Positions 32,701-44,208 of a DNA stretch of 64,000 nt are shown piece by piece. A model generated the notes under the pieces. It was not told where the DNA came from. It saw nothing but the letters and a program-made list of their open reading frames with translations, and made no database searches. A program made the position numbers and the translations under genes. Source of the stretch: Azolla caroliniana (Eukaryota; Plantae; Polypodiophyta); contig JBHGNT010000013.1 of the NCBI GenBank assembly GCA_043228905.1, positions 6,510,001 through 6,574,000 on the forward strand, in the 5' to 3' direction. Each line of letters starts with the position of its first letter. Positions within the stretch are counted from its first letter, which is position 1.

Positions 32701-34543
32701 CCGCTTCTTCCCTCTTTAGTCGTGCGTCGGAGAGGCCTTCTAGCACCAAGGGCTAGAAGCTAGAGTCTTTCGTTTTCCGGTCTTCATTACCTCCTATCCG
32801 GATTTCGGCCGATGCCAAATAATGGACGGCCTCTGCATGGTGCGCCTCCGCTTCTTCCATTAGCCTCTTCATTCCTCCCCGTCCAATATTAAGCTCCAGG
32901 GCTCTTCGGGTCTCGCTAGCGTGCACCCTCCCGTTCCATAGGTACATCACATTAGCCCTTATTGCTTCTGCGAAGTCCACGCAATCCTTCCGGACGTGAC
33001 CAACCGCGTCACACCACAAGCATCGATTCCCACCCGAAGTCCTTCGGTCGCGAGGCTGCTCTCCGCCTTCCCTCCTTGCTTGTGCAATCTGGAGGTCTCG
33101 TACCATCTGCGTCAGTTCTTCCAGAGCCGCTCTGCGGGGATGGGTCCTTGACCACGCCAAACGAGCCTGTCTCAAGCCAATCCCGGGTTTCCTCCTTGCG
33201 CGCCAGCGGGGGTCCCTCGAGGTTTCTTGCCGCAACCGCTCCTGCCCCCAACGAGCCCTTGTCGACCCACTCACGTCATTTGTCGAAACGGTCACAAACC
33301 CCTTTTACCACGGCCCAATCAGTCATCAACCCATCGTTCGTCTCCAGCAGGAGACCCACTTGGTCCCGATCCCGCACGTCCACAACTTTGACGAATAACA
33401 GGACGCGGCTCCTGTCCAGTACGGTCTTGTACAGTGCCGAAAGACATTCGAAGCGTTCCTCGAACTCCCGGAGGAGCGCCGACGCATTCCTCCCCTTTCC
33501 TGGGGTCTTTACCCAATCCATAAAGTCCCTCTTCGATAACCGAAGCGTGTCATCAAGCCCGTACCGCTCGAGGAGCCGCGCTTCGAATTCCCCCCCAGGT
33601 CCGGCATCCAGCCTGTACCTCGAGCACCTCTGTGTAAATGCCCGGTGTCGCTAGCTGGGGAAACCTAGCCAGACGCCTCGCCTCCGGGATGTCCCTCATC
33701 ACCATTTTGGCCCGGTAAGCCACCAAATAACTCGTGGCGTCCTTCCCATCGAACTGGCCTATTGTGCCGACAATTGCTTCAATGGCCCTGTCGAGGGCGC
33801 TCGTGCCCTCGCGAGCACTTACTATCCGATCGACTGTTGCCGCCATGGCTTCGGCGAGCTCTAATCCCCTCATTTTCGATTCCTCTGCCACCTTGTTTCA
33901 CGTTGGGTTCACCAAATTAATGTCGTGTTGTTACGTTTTCACGTATGAAATAAGGCGGGACCGCGGGGGCCCTAAACCGAGGAGCGCGAGAGATGAGAGG
34001 GAGAGAGATTCGCAGACAACACAGAGAGACAGAGACAAGAGAATCAATTCCAAATCAGTATAGATTACAGAGCTTGCAATGTTACAACCGGCAAGCCGGT
34101 GACAGACTCAACACAGACGAACACGCGAAGTACGTGGTGGAGCCTCTACCGGAAGCACGCGGGCTTTCACGCAGCAGAGGCAGCCAACCTAACTCAAAAT
34201 CCTTGCAAAAACAACAACGATGGTGGAGGAGAGAGCTCGGTTCCCAGTCCGACAACACTTCGTCCTCACATAAATGCGCGATCCCTCACTCAACCCTTTT
34301 CCTCTCCTTTTATAGCACAAGGAGAGAGAGCCGTTATAGACTGTTACATCACTTTTATTCTCTGTCCTAGCGGACAGAGATCCTCTTCGATTCCCTACCT
34401 AACTAAATTCGTGCTACCTAGGATATTTACATCGCCTACCTGTACTTAACTATGTGAATACATCAAAACATGTGCCCGTGTGTAAGGGCCGGTTTACGTA
34501 CACTATCCACCAATTCCTCATAGGGACGGTTTTCTCCACGACA
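20712..34543 (-). mobile_element. Ty3/gypsy non-chromovirus element (outer), degenerate, with its 3' LTR split by a related element
   Basis: 5' LTR 33921-34543; 3' LTR 20712-20958 plus 27893-28273; PPT next to 28274; PBS TGGTGAACCCAACGTGAA near 33896-33914. Gag, protease (LIDHGSEIN), RT (PFLDD), RNase H and integrase fragments at 28347-33891. Flanks ACAG/ACGG. Confidence 0.92.
20959..27888 (-). mobile_element. Ty3/gypsy non-chromovirus element (inner), full-length but disrupted
   Basis: Two 642-bp LTRs (20959-21600, 27247-27888) with about 20 differences by eye, mostly transitions. PPT at 21601-21612 and Trp-type PBS at ~27225-27242. Gag 26252-27229, protease 25161-25496, RT 23341-24927, RNase H/integrase 21670-23344. 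Flanks GCAG/GCGG. Confidence 0.95.
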
Positions 34544-34734
34544 ACGGTTATACATAAGACTTCCCAACTTGTCAAGAGGCTCGAAAGGAGTGCAAGTTCT
34601 TTGACTTCTTCTTTGAAGTTCAAGCCTTGGGCATAGAATCTGTCAACGCCCTATTGAAGGTGTTGATATGGGAGGTTGTTGGCTCTGTCTCCCTCATCTT
34701 CCAATTGAATAGTTGCCGAATCAAGATGAGTTTT

Positions 34735-37700
34735 TGTTGAGAAACGGATCGTCAATCCACAAGAGAAGGAATATGCTGAAATACACAACTCTAAAACATA
34801 GAAAACAGTGTACACAGATTTAACGTGGAAAACCCTAAAATGGGAGAAAACCACAGAGAACGGAGCTTCACTATACAATGGATATACAACAGCAAGATCC
34901 GAGTACAACACTCACCACACAAAGTGTAAACAGCCTTTGAGGGCTCTTGACATATGCTATTACTAAACATAGCTATGGCACCACCCACTCACCCACACTC
35001 TCTTCTTTGTCACGCTATACTACATAGGCGCACAGATTCACCTGTTCTACTACATGTAAACCACACTAAACATTGTTTGCCCTAGGTATATTTATACTAA
35101 TACATCGTATTGGCTATTTACAAATGTAGCCCCTACCACACATCATTACTATTATTATCTATAATAATAAGTAGCCATCAGCCGAATCAAATGTCGACTG
35201 TCCAATTGATCCGACTAGTCGGCCTAGTCATCGACCATCCGGTTGGCCTAACTAGTCAATCGTGTCTTCGAACTGGATCTCCTTTTTGTGAACTCACCCA
35301 ATTGACTCTCGCAGTCGACTTTCTCGCAGTCGACTCTTCAACCATCGGCACTCGGCCCGAACAGTCGGCTCCTCCTAGACTTCGACGGTTGGCTCTCTCC
35401 GAGCAGTCGGCTCCTCCCTCTGGAGGGACATATTCCTAACAAACTCCCCCTTCACTCTTGTTGGGAGAAGTCCGTTATTCCTGTCCTTTGTCGACAAACT
35501 CTGAGTTGGTCCATTGGTAGGTTCTTTGTCACCATGTCAGATCCAATTTCGTCAGTATGGATCTTCACGAGGGTAAACTCTCCTCCTTCTTCGACTTTCT
35601 CTTGCAGCCAAGGATACCTCCTCTGTATGTGCTTGGACCGGGAGTGGTATGCAACATTCTTGGCTAGATCTATGGCACTCTAGCTATCACAATGAAGCAA
35701 GAAATCCATTTGCTTCATTCCCAACTCGCTGTGAAAGTTTCTCATCCAAATCAGCTCCTTGCCAGCTCTACCGCTGCCGTGTACCTTGCTTCTGTGGTCG
35801 ACAAGGCCATAGATTTCTACAATCATCTTTCTTCGTCATCACTCATTACAATGTTAGGTATTAGCTTATATACTAAGCCCTAACTTATTAAAGAGTTCAC
35901 ACTCAGATGGATACAATTTGGAAGGAGTCATCCTTTTATGCCAACAAACTCCCCCGTAAAAGGACTACTCTTTCTTGCATGTACAAGTGCTGGGGTTATC
36001 TCCCCCATAAACCTAGATTACAAATTTAACTAGATCTTATGTTACAAGTTTGTCGGCAAGTAGCCGAGTCGGCAGAGGTATAGTATGAGTGTTGATAAGC
36101 TCTTATCTTCTTCTCCTCGTTTGGCTTTCTTCTACTCAGTCTCTTGTCGTAGTCCCATCTTCATCCTTAGCATTTCAAAGCGTTGATCTGGGATTGGCTT
36201 CGTCAAGCAATCGGCGATGTTCACCTCGGTGTCGATCTTTCGGACTTCGAGTTTCTTCTCGGTCACGAGCTCCCAGATATATTGATACCGCACCTCAATG
36301 TGCTTCCTCTTTGCATGGTAGACGAGATTGTTGATGAGGTGTATTGCACTCTGTGAGTCGCAATAGATAGTCGGCGCTAGTCTGGTCGGTCTATTCAGTT
36401 TGCAGTTCCCAAGTCGGCAGTCAATCGGTGCAGCCAGATCGCTTCCTTCGTTGCTTCCGATGCTGCTATGTACTCGACTTCTGTGGTAGACAGAGCCATG
36501 CACTCTTGAAGTTTTGACCTCCATGATATCACACCACCACCATAGGTGAAGATGTAGCCTGATGTCGATTTTCGATTGTCCGTATTCCCGGCATAGTCGG
36601 AGTCAGTGTAGCCTTCGATTTCGGCTGAGATTGTCAATCCGAAAGTCAGTTGTGCATCTATGGTTCCTTTTAGATACCCAAGGATGTGCTTGACGGCCTC
36701 CCAATGCTTCTTTCCTGGGTTTGACATGTACCGGTTGACCAACCCTTCGGCATAGGCTAGGTCGGGTCGGGTCGCCACCATTGCGTACATGATGCTTCCT
36801 ACCGCCGATGCGTAGGGTATCTTTCCATTAAGCTCTCTCCTTGTCCATTGTAGGAGAGTCTCTATCTAATAGTCTGATCGATGTCGGAAGCGGTGTTGGT
36901 GCTAGCTTCGCATTCTCCATGTTGAAACGCTTCAACACCTTCCGGATGTATTCGGACTGGGAAAGTCGAAGAGTTTTGGTCGTCCGATTTTGCTCTATCC
37001 TCATGCCCAGTATGTGTCGGGCTTGTCTGAGTTCCTTCATCGCAAACTTTGCATGAAGGCTCCGCTTTAGCTTACCGATCTCTGCTTGATTGCTCCCTGC
37101 AATTAGCATGTCGTCGACGTATAGGATCAGATAGATCCTTGACTCGTCGGTCAATTGTTGAACATACATGCATGGGTTGGAGTCTGATCTGTTGTATCCA
37201 AACTACCATATTTAGGAGTCAAACTTCTGGTACCACATTCTCGGCACTTGTTTTAGGCCATATAGACTTTTCTTTAGTCGACATACGAGGTGACTGTCCT
37301 CCCCCGTTGTCGTGAAGCCTGCCGGTTGAGACATGTATATGTCTTCTTCCAGATCTCCGTGTAGGAATGCCATCTTTACGTCCATCTGCTCGAGCTCTAG
37401 ATCTTCTGTCACCACGACTCCTAGTAGGAGTCGGAGGGTGGTTATCTTGACTACTGGTGAGAATATCTCGTTTTAGTCAACCCCGTATTCCTGTTTGAAT
37501 CCTTTCGCAACAAGTCGAGCTTTGTACTTGGGTTTCTCTGAGTCAGATACATACTTGTATCGGAACACCCATTTGCAAGGTAGTGGCTTTCTTCCTATTG
37601 GTAGTTTGACCAACTCCCATGTCTGATTCTGATGAATCGAGTCCATTTCGGATTTCATGGCTTGTAGCCATGTTTCGGAATCCGGTGCGGCCATAGTTTC

Positions 37701-40700
37701 TTCATACGTGCTTGGTTCGCCTGCATCCGTGTCGTTGACGTAGTTGAGGCCCGATCGATAAAACTATGTTTTCCTTCGAGCTCGTCTAGATGTCCTGGGT
37801 GCCGTATTATTCAGTTCGGATTCTTCGATTAGTTCTTTTTTACGATTGGCATTTGTTGAACCAGTTGAGTCAGGAGTCTTGTTCGATATTCCGCCCCCGG
37901 TTCGGGATTTCGGCGGTGTCTGGTTGTTCTCCCCTGCGGTTGTTGTCGACTCTTTTCTGACTTGTCCCTTGTTGACTTTGCCTTGATCGACCTTCGTCGA
38001 TTCGGCTCAGTCTTTCATGACTTTGTCTTTGAGTTCGACGTTGGGACTTATTGCCGATTCGGTGTCGGCTGGGATGTTGTCAGCTGGTTGGAGTTCAACT
38101 GTCTATTGACTCTCTAATTCGGTCTAGTGAGTCGATCTTTCTACGATGACTTTGTCATCTTTGAAGGATACCTTCTTGCCCATTGTTTTCTCTTGGTTCC
38201 TCTAAGATAAGATAAAGTCTTCATTGAAGACTACGTCATTGCTCCGGATCAATTTCCGGTTCTCAGGGTCCCATAGCCGGTAGCCAAAGTCCCCATCAGT
38301 TCCATAACCAAGAAATATAAACTTTGTTGCATGGGGTGCCAACTTTGTCCTTTTGTCCTTGGGGATGAACGCGTAGGCTTCGCATCCGAATATACGGAGC
38401 CTATTTTAGGTCGGTTGTTTGCCTGACCATAGTGCTTGTGGCACTTCGAGCCTGATTACTCTTGATGGTGCCATATTTATCAAGTACACTACCGTTTGCA
38501 ATGCCTCAACCCAAAATTCCAGCTTCAGTCCAGTTTGCTGGAGCATTGCCGTCACCCTCTCTTGGATCGTTCGGTTGATCCGTTCAGCCACCCCATTCTA
38601 CATGGGTGTGTAAGGAACCGTCTTTTGGTGCCGGATCCCTTTTCCGGACAGGTACTGTTTGAATGCTCTGGAGGTGTACTGACCTCCGTTGTCAGATCGG
38701 AGTGTCTTCACTCTATGTCCCGACCGGTTCTCCACTTCAAATATCCATCGAGTGAAGACCTCAAGCGCTTCATCTTTGGACTTGATGGAGTATGCCCAAA
38801 CTTTCCGTGTACAGTCATCTACAAATGTGATGAAGTATCGGGAGTCTCCTAGTGACCGCTCTGGCATGGGCCAACATATGTCTGTGTGCACAAGCTCTAG
38901 GGGTTGTCGTACGGTCTCATAGTGGAGAGAGTGCGGACTTTGGGTCTATTTCCCATATCGATAGTGCTCGCAGAAGTCTGTCTTTGCCTAGAGTTTCGGG
39001 ATGTTGCCGACCGACATCAGCTGATCAAGTCCGGCTTGAGACATGTTGCCAACTCGGCCATGCCATAAGTTCGTGTCGGTTTTCCTGGCTACGTTCACGG
39101 CCCCTTCAGGGTTGATCGCCATCAATGGGTATAAATTATTATACTTATGGCCACTACCGATTTTAAGGTTTCCTTGGCTGATCACCCATGTCGACTCGTG
39201 TAGAGTCGTTCGATACCCGTCTTCGGCTAACATGCCGATGGAGACCAGACTCCTCTTTAGATCGAGTACGTGCCAAACTTAGTGCAGGGTTATTGTGTTG
39301 CCATTTGGAAATCTGATGGGAACCTCCCCAGTTCCGGCTATCTTGCACTCCTGCTCGTTTCCCAGTCGGACTGTGCCGCTGGCATCGGTTGAATAGTTCG
39401 AGAACCATTCAACATTGGGGGTCACGTGACATGTGGCACCAGAGTCTAGTAGCCACGTGTGTGCAACTTGTGCATTGTAGAGGACTTCTCCGATCATCGA
39501 ATCCTCTAGTGAGAGAATTTCTCTGGATCGGGTGTCGGCAACATTGATCTGGTTGCCGATTGGAGAGTGGTCTGAGTCGAAACGTCCCCGATTATGCTCG
39601 GATCGCTGACCACTCTCTTTTCTTTTTATCGACCAACAGTCGGAAATATTCTAGCTAGCTTTCCTACAATGTGTGCAGTACTCGCTTGTTCGGCCCGTTT
39701 TCGACTTCGACCATTGTCGGTCTCCCCTTGTTCTCGATCGACTATATCGTCGACCGGTTCTGTTGGCTTGTTCTTCGGTCAACTCTGTCGGTAGAATGAC
39801 TTAGTCAAGTGGTGGGCTTCTGCCAACTCGTCGATGGATAGTCCCATCGATTTTCACCTGATTTCCTCTGTGAGGACTTGGCCGGTTGTTTCGACCAAAT
39901 TCAAGATCGGTCGGCTATTGGCGTATGTTGTACAGAATACCTCCCAACTCGCTGGCAAGCTCGATAGGAGGGCAAGAGCTTTCACTTCTTTCGAAGTTGA
40001 TCCCTTGCGACGAGAGCTCTGACAACACCTGACTAAAGGTGTTGATGTGGGAGGTTGCCGGATCGGTCTCTTTCATCTTCATGTTGAACAATTGTTTGAT
40101 CAAGATAAGTTTTGAAGATGAGGACTTCTCATATACAACCTGTAATTTCTCTCACAATGAGAACGTTGTCATCTCTTTTGCCATGCTCAAATAGACCTTT
40201 TCAGCCAGATGCATTCGGATGGTAGAGCATGCTATTTCGTCCATTGATCTCCACTCTTCTGTTGTCATCGAAGCAGGCTTTTCGTTATGCCGAATGACTT
40301 CAACTTGTCTTCGGATAATCAACACATCCTGCATCATCTCTTTCCACAGGGCAAAGTTTTTGCCGTCGAACTTTCTAATTTCAACTCCTATTCTGGATGT
40401 TGAAGCCATATTCTTTCTGTGGATTTGATGTTTCTGACCTGGTCTTTTCTTTCAGCTTCTTCTTCTGTTATCTATTGCTGTTGCACAACAGAACACAACT
40501 CTGATACCAATTGTTGGTTAATGTCGACAGTTATGCGTAAGTGTGTGTTCAGATCTTATGGCTATGAACAACAAACAACATACACACAGAAGATAGAGAA
40601 GGCAGATATAGACTTACACAGTTGCAAGCTTTAATGGAAAGCTTCTTATTTTCTGCACAATGCAGTTTTCTCTCTCAGATATTACAATCGTCTTTCTTTG

Positions 40701-40911
40701 TCATCACTCATTACAATGTTAGGTATTAGCTTATAGACTAAGCCCTAACTTATTAACAAGTTCACACTCGGACGAATACAATTTGGAAGGAGTCGGCCTT
40801 TTATGCCAACACCATCAACACTCGGTCTGAACAGTCGGCTCCTCGTAGACTTCGACTGTTGATTCTCTCGGAGCAGTCGGCTCCTCCCACTAGAGAGACA
40901 TATCCCTAACA
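34735..40911 (-). mobile_element. Copia element A: 3' LTR, RNase H tail and the last 100 bp of the other LTR, interrupted and internally deleted
   Basis: LTR 34735-35441 with the PPT complement aactccccc adjacent; RNase H remnant 35480-35817. 40812-40911 matches 35342-35441. Perfect TSD GTTTT (34730-34734 / 40912-40916). Confidence 0.85.
35818..40811 (-). mobile_element. Copia element B (Tork-like), nearly full-length and degenerate
   Basis: 5' LTR 40512-40811, PBS at ~40499-40509, partial 3' LTR 35818-35946 with PPT. Gag (40152-40409), protease WLLDSGATCH, integrase LRSDNGGQY, RT LYVDDML and RNase H YTDSDYAG. Confidence 0.92.
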
Positions 40912-41035
40912 GTTTTGACAAGCTCAAGTTCTTTTCATATATCATTTGAAGCGTTTCCCATAGGGCGAATGCAATCGTCTCTTTAGCCATGTTGAAGTAG
41001 ATGTTTTCAACCAGATGCATGTTGATTGTCGATCT

Positions 41036-41692
41036 TGCAATCTCGTCAAGTGACTCCCATTCTATGAGTGTCATCATTGACGATCGGTTGTTGTGCCTGA
41101 TTGCTTTGATCTATCGTTTGATGATCAGTACATCGTGCATCATCTCCTTCCATAAGGTAAAGTTTTTGCCGTCGAACTTTTTGATCTCACAACCTGTACT
41201 AGATGTTGAGGCCATTGTTCTTCTGGAGGTCTTTGTTTGGCTTGGTCCTATCCGTGCAATCTCGTCAAGTGACTCCCATTCTATGAGTGTCATCATTGAC
41301 GATCGGTTGTCGTGCTTGATTGCTTTGATCTATCGTTTGATGATCAGTACATTGTGCATCATCTCCTTCCATAAGGCAAAGTTTTTGTCGTCGAACTTTT
41401 TGATCTCACAACCTGTACTAGATGTTGAGGCCATTGTTCTTCTGGAGGTCTTTGTTTGGCTTGGTCCTATCCGTGCAATCTCGTCAAGTGACTCCCATTC
41501 TATGAGTGTCATCATTGACGATCGGTTGTCGTGCTTGATTGCTTTGATCTATCGTTTGATGATCAGTACATTGTGCATCATCTCCTTCCATAAGGCAAAG
41601 TTTTTGCCGTTGAACTTTTTGATCTCACAACCTGTACTAGATGTTGAGGCCATTGTTCTTCTAGAGGTCTTTGTTTGGCTTGGTCCTTTCCG
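41036..41692. repeat. Tandem triplication, 3 x 219 bp, of the gag 5' end and leader
   Basis: Units start at 41036, 41255 and 41474 (tgcaatctcgtcaagtgact...). Confidence 0.93.
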
Positions 41693-44076
41693 TCAACCTT
41701 CTACCTCTTCTTATACCGGCACTGCCTCATTCCAAGATCACTCTGATACCACTTGATGGCACTTGAGGTGTTTAGTCGACTACGATGTGTAGTCTATTGG
41801 TCGATTGTAGTTGACTATGCGGAAGCAAGTGTGAAGATCTTGTTGATGTGAAGCAAGCAAACGTAGAGTAAGCATGAGGTTGTTGTCTTCTAATTCTTGC
41901 AATTAGTTCTACACAGAGAATACATAGACTATTTTTGCAAAGAGATGTTATATTATTTTGCATCATTTGTATGAGGAAGTACCTCCTATTTATACATGAG
42001 TGGGCTTAGCTCTAACTCCACGAGGGAGTACACACTAGAGATACAACGGTCGGTTGGAGTAGGACTTTTTGTCCAATACTATTTGTTTCCCTCTCAATGG
42101 TGATGCAAGAGAATTTCTTTTTAGGCGTTGGACAAGAAAACACATTTGTTCTCTCTCATAGAACCTATAGAGAGTCATTCCCTCATGAAAGTCCTGATAT
42201 ACCTTCTTGACAACCAACCTATATGTTTCTGAAGCCTAGGCATTGCATTGAGCTTACAGTTCTAAACATTTGTGCACATACTTCATAAAACTCTAAAGAG
42301 TCTCCCCTTCACATTCATGAAAAGGAAATACTCACTCACGTACACTTATAGCACACACAATACACAAATTTATGCACACATACACATGCACAATATATAA
42401 AATGAAATATATGCTTGTGGATTTCTCTCGAAATGCACATTCACACACATATATTAGTGGTCTTGCTTGACTTTTACATGCACATGCGTATTTGTATTTT
42501 TATGTTCACATTCTATGTTGTCATTAATGAATTGAAGAACATCATTTCCCTTGTCTTCTTTTTAATGGGTATTTAACCCGTCACCTAATTGTTTCAATTC
42601 TTAGCTCTTACCATGTGAGCTAGACTTCACTACCATTTTAAAATCCTTTGCTGATCCTAAACCACAATATAGTTGGGCTTTCCTTGACCCCCTAGAACCG
42701 GGTTTTGAAATGGAATTCTCGATAACATAGAATGAGGGTCTATTGGAATGACAAGCACGAGGGAAGCCTCGATCATTTTCAAAAATGTTCTATACATATG
42801 CACTTAAGTCTTACATGCGGACATTATGTACATACATCCATACAGATATACATACATACATACATACATATACATACATATTGATATATGTATGTATGTA
42901 TGTACATATGTATACATATATGTACACACATGGTTAGAAGAAGAAGAAGAAGAAGAAGACGACGACGTGGAGAGCTCTAGATTTTGAAAAAGCAAAATTT
43001 CTTGCTTTTTCGGATCAAACTCAAAGCGATTAGATTAAATGATATATCATTATAATTTATATGTATGTATGAATTCAAACCGTCTTGTTTCGCCCTTCGG
43101 CGATTGGCCTCTCTGTCTGTGCGCGCGTGTCTGTCTCTGCTCTGCTGCTACCAACGGGTATTCTCTCTCTCTCGTTTGTCTATCTATCAATGTGTGAGTG
43201 ACCGTATTCTTTTGTTTGCTTGAATGGGGTTATTTGTGTTTGTATGCTTGCGATGTTTGTGTAGATGTATGGATGTGATGTTTGCACGTCCACGGATGTA
43301 GTGTAGGTATGTAGATATTGAATTATGGATGGATATACGTATGTATGCTTGGATGGATATATGTTTGCATTGGAAATATGGATGCGATATATTTGTGTAT
43401 GTGTGATGGATGTATTGATGGAATATATATATAGATGGTATTAATATATAAATTCAGTAAATGTACTTATGTATATGGTCAATGTGCGTCTGTAGATGGC
43501 TGGTCCATATGTATGTGTCTCCTATGGCATGAGGCCCATGTTGTCATTTATGTTTTTCCTTTTCCAATTAAAGGTTTGAAAAATTTGCATTTTCTCTTTT
43601 CTTATGGCCAGCTATTTATTTTTTTGTCTCGCTGTTTGGGAAAATTTGGGGCTATATCCCCTCTATACCGTTGCTACAGAATAATGTGATATACAATTAT
43701 TTGCAGAAATTGGACTGGAAAAAGAGTATAATGATGTGATCAGAAAATGAAATCAAGATTTAGAACACCATAACGATAATGGTGGTTATATTATCTACCC
43801 TTTTTCTCTTGATTTATCTAGTTGAATCTACTAGCATATATTATATATCATCTAGATAATTTCTGCCATTGTTTTGATTTTTATACTACTTTTTCGTCGA
43901 ATTTTGAATTGATTAGTGAGTTCATGTAATTTTTTATCATGTATGCAAGCTAAACTGGAACTTCTTTGCAATATTAAACCTTTAATATATCTTATGTATA
44001 TTCCCTCTTATTTATGAACTTTCCCATTGATGCTATTTTCTTGATATGCAGGTAAAGCCATATTGAAAGTAGCAAT

Positions 44077-44169
44077 ATGCTTCGAGACAATTCTGAAAGT
44101 GTTTATAATCTTATTCCTCCACCTCCGTCTTCAACAAACAAGAAACATGTGTACCCAAAATCAAAGGTC

Positions 44170-44208
<39 letters not shown>

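Larger units (their letters stand above)
19279..42078 (-). mobile_element. Host copia element (Tork-like; gag-protease remnant) split into pieces by nested insertions
   Basis: 5' LTR ~41754-42078 and PBS ctctgatacca at 41741-41751. Gag pieces at 40917-41700, 34548-34734 and 20576-20711 and the zinc-knuckle/protease region 19279-20019 (YCTHCRKICHNVSNC) join collinearly once the insertions and their TSDs are removed. Confidence 0.82.

Noticed and set aside
23600-34450. Many long + strand ORFs (e.g. 24377-25138, 31210-31911, 32962-33654)
   Set aside because: They are antisense or alternate frames of GC-rich gypsy gag-pol and LTRs, with no recognisable motifs.
41001-41756. 251-aa + strand ORF with three 73-aa hydrophobic repeats as a novel repeat protein
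   Set aside because: It is the antisense shadow of the triplicated gag segment and stays open only because the unit length is a multiple of 3.
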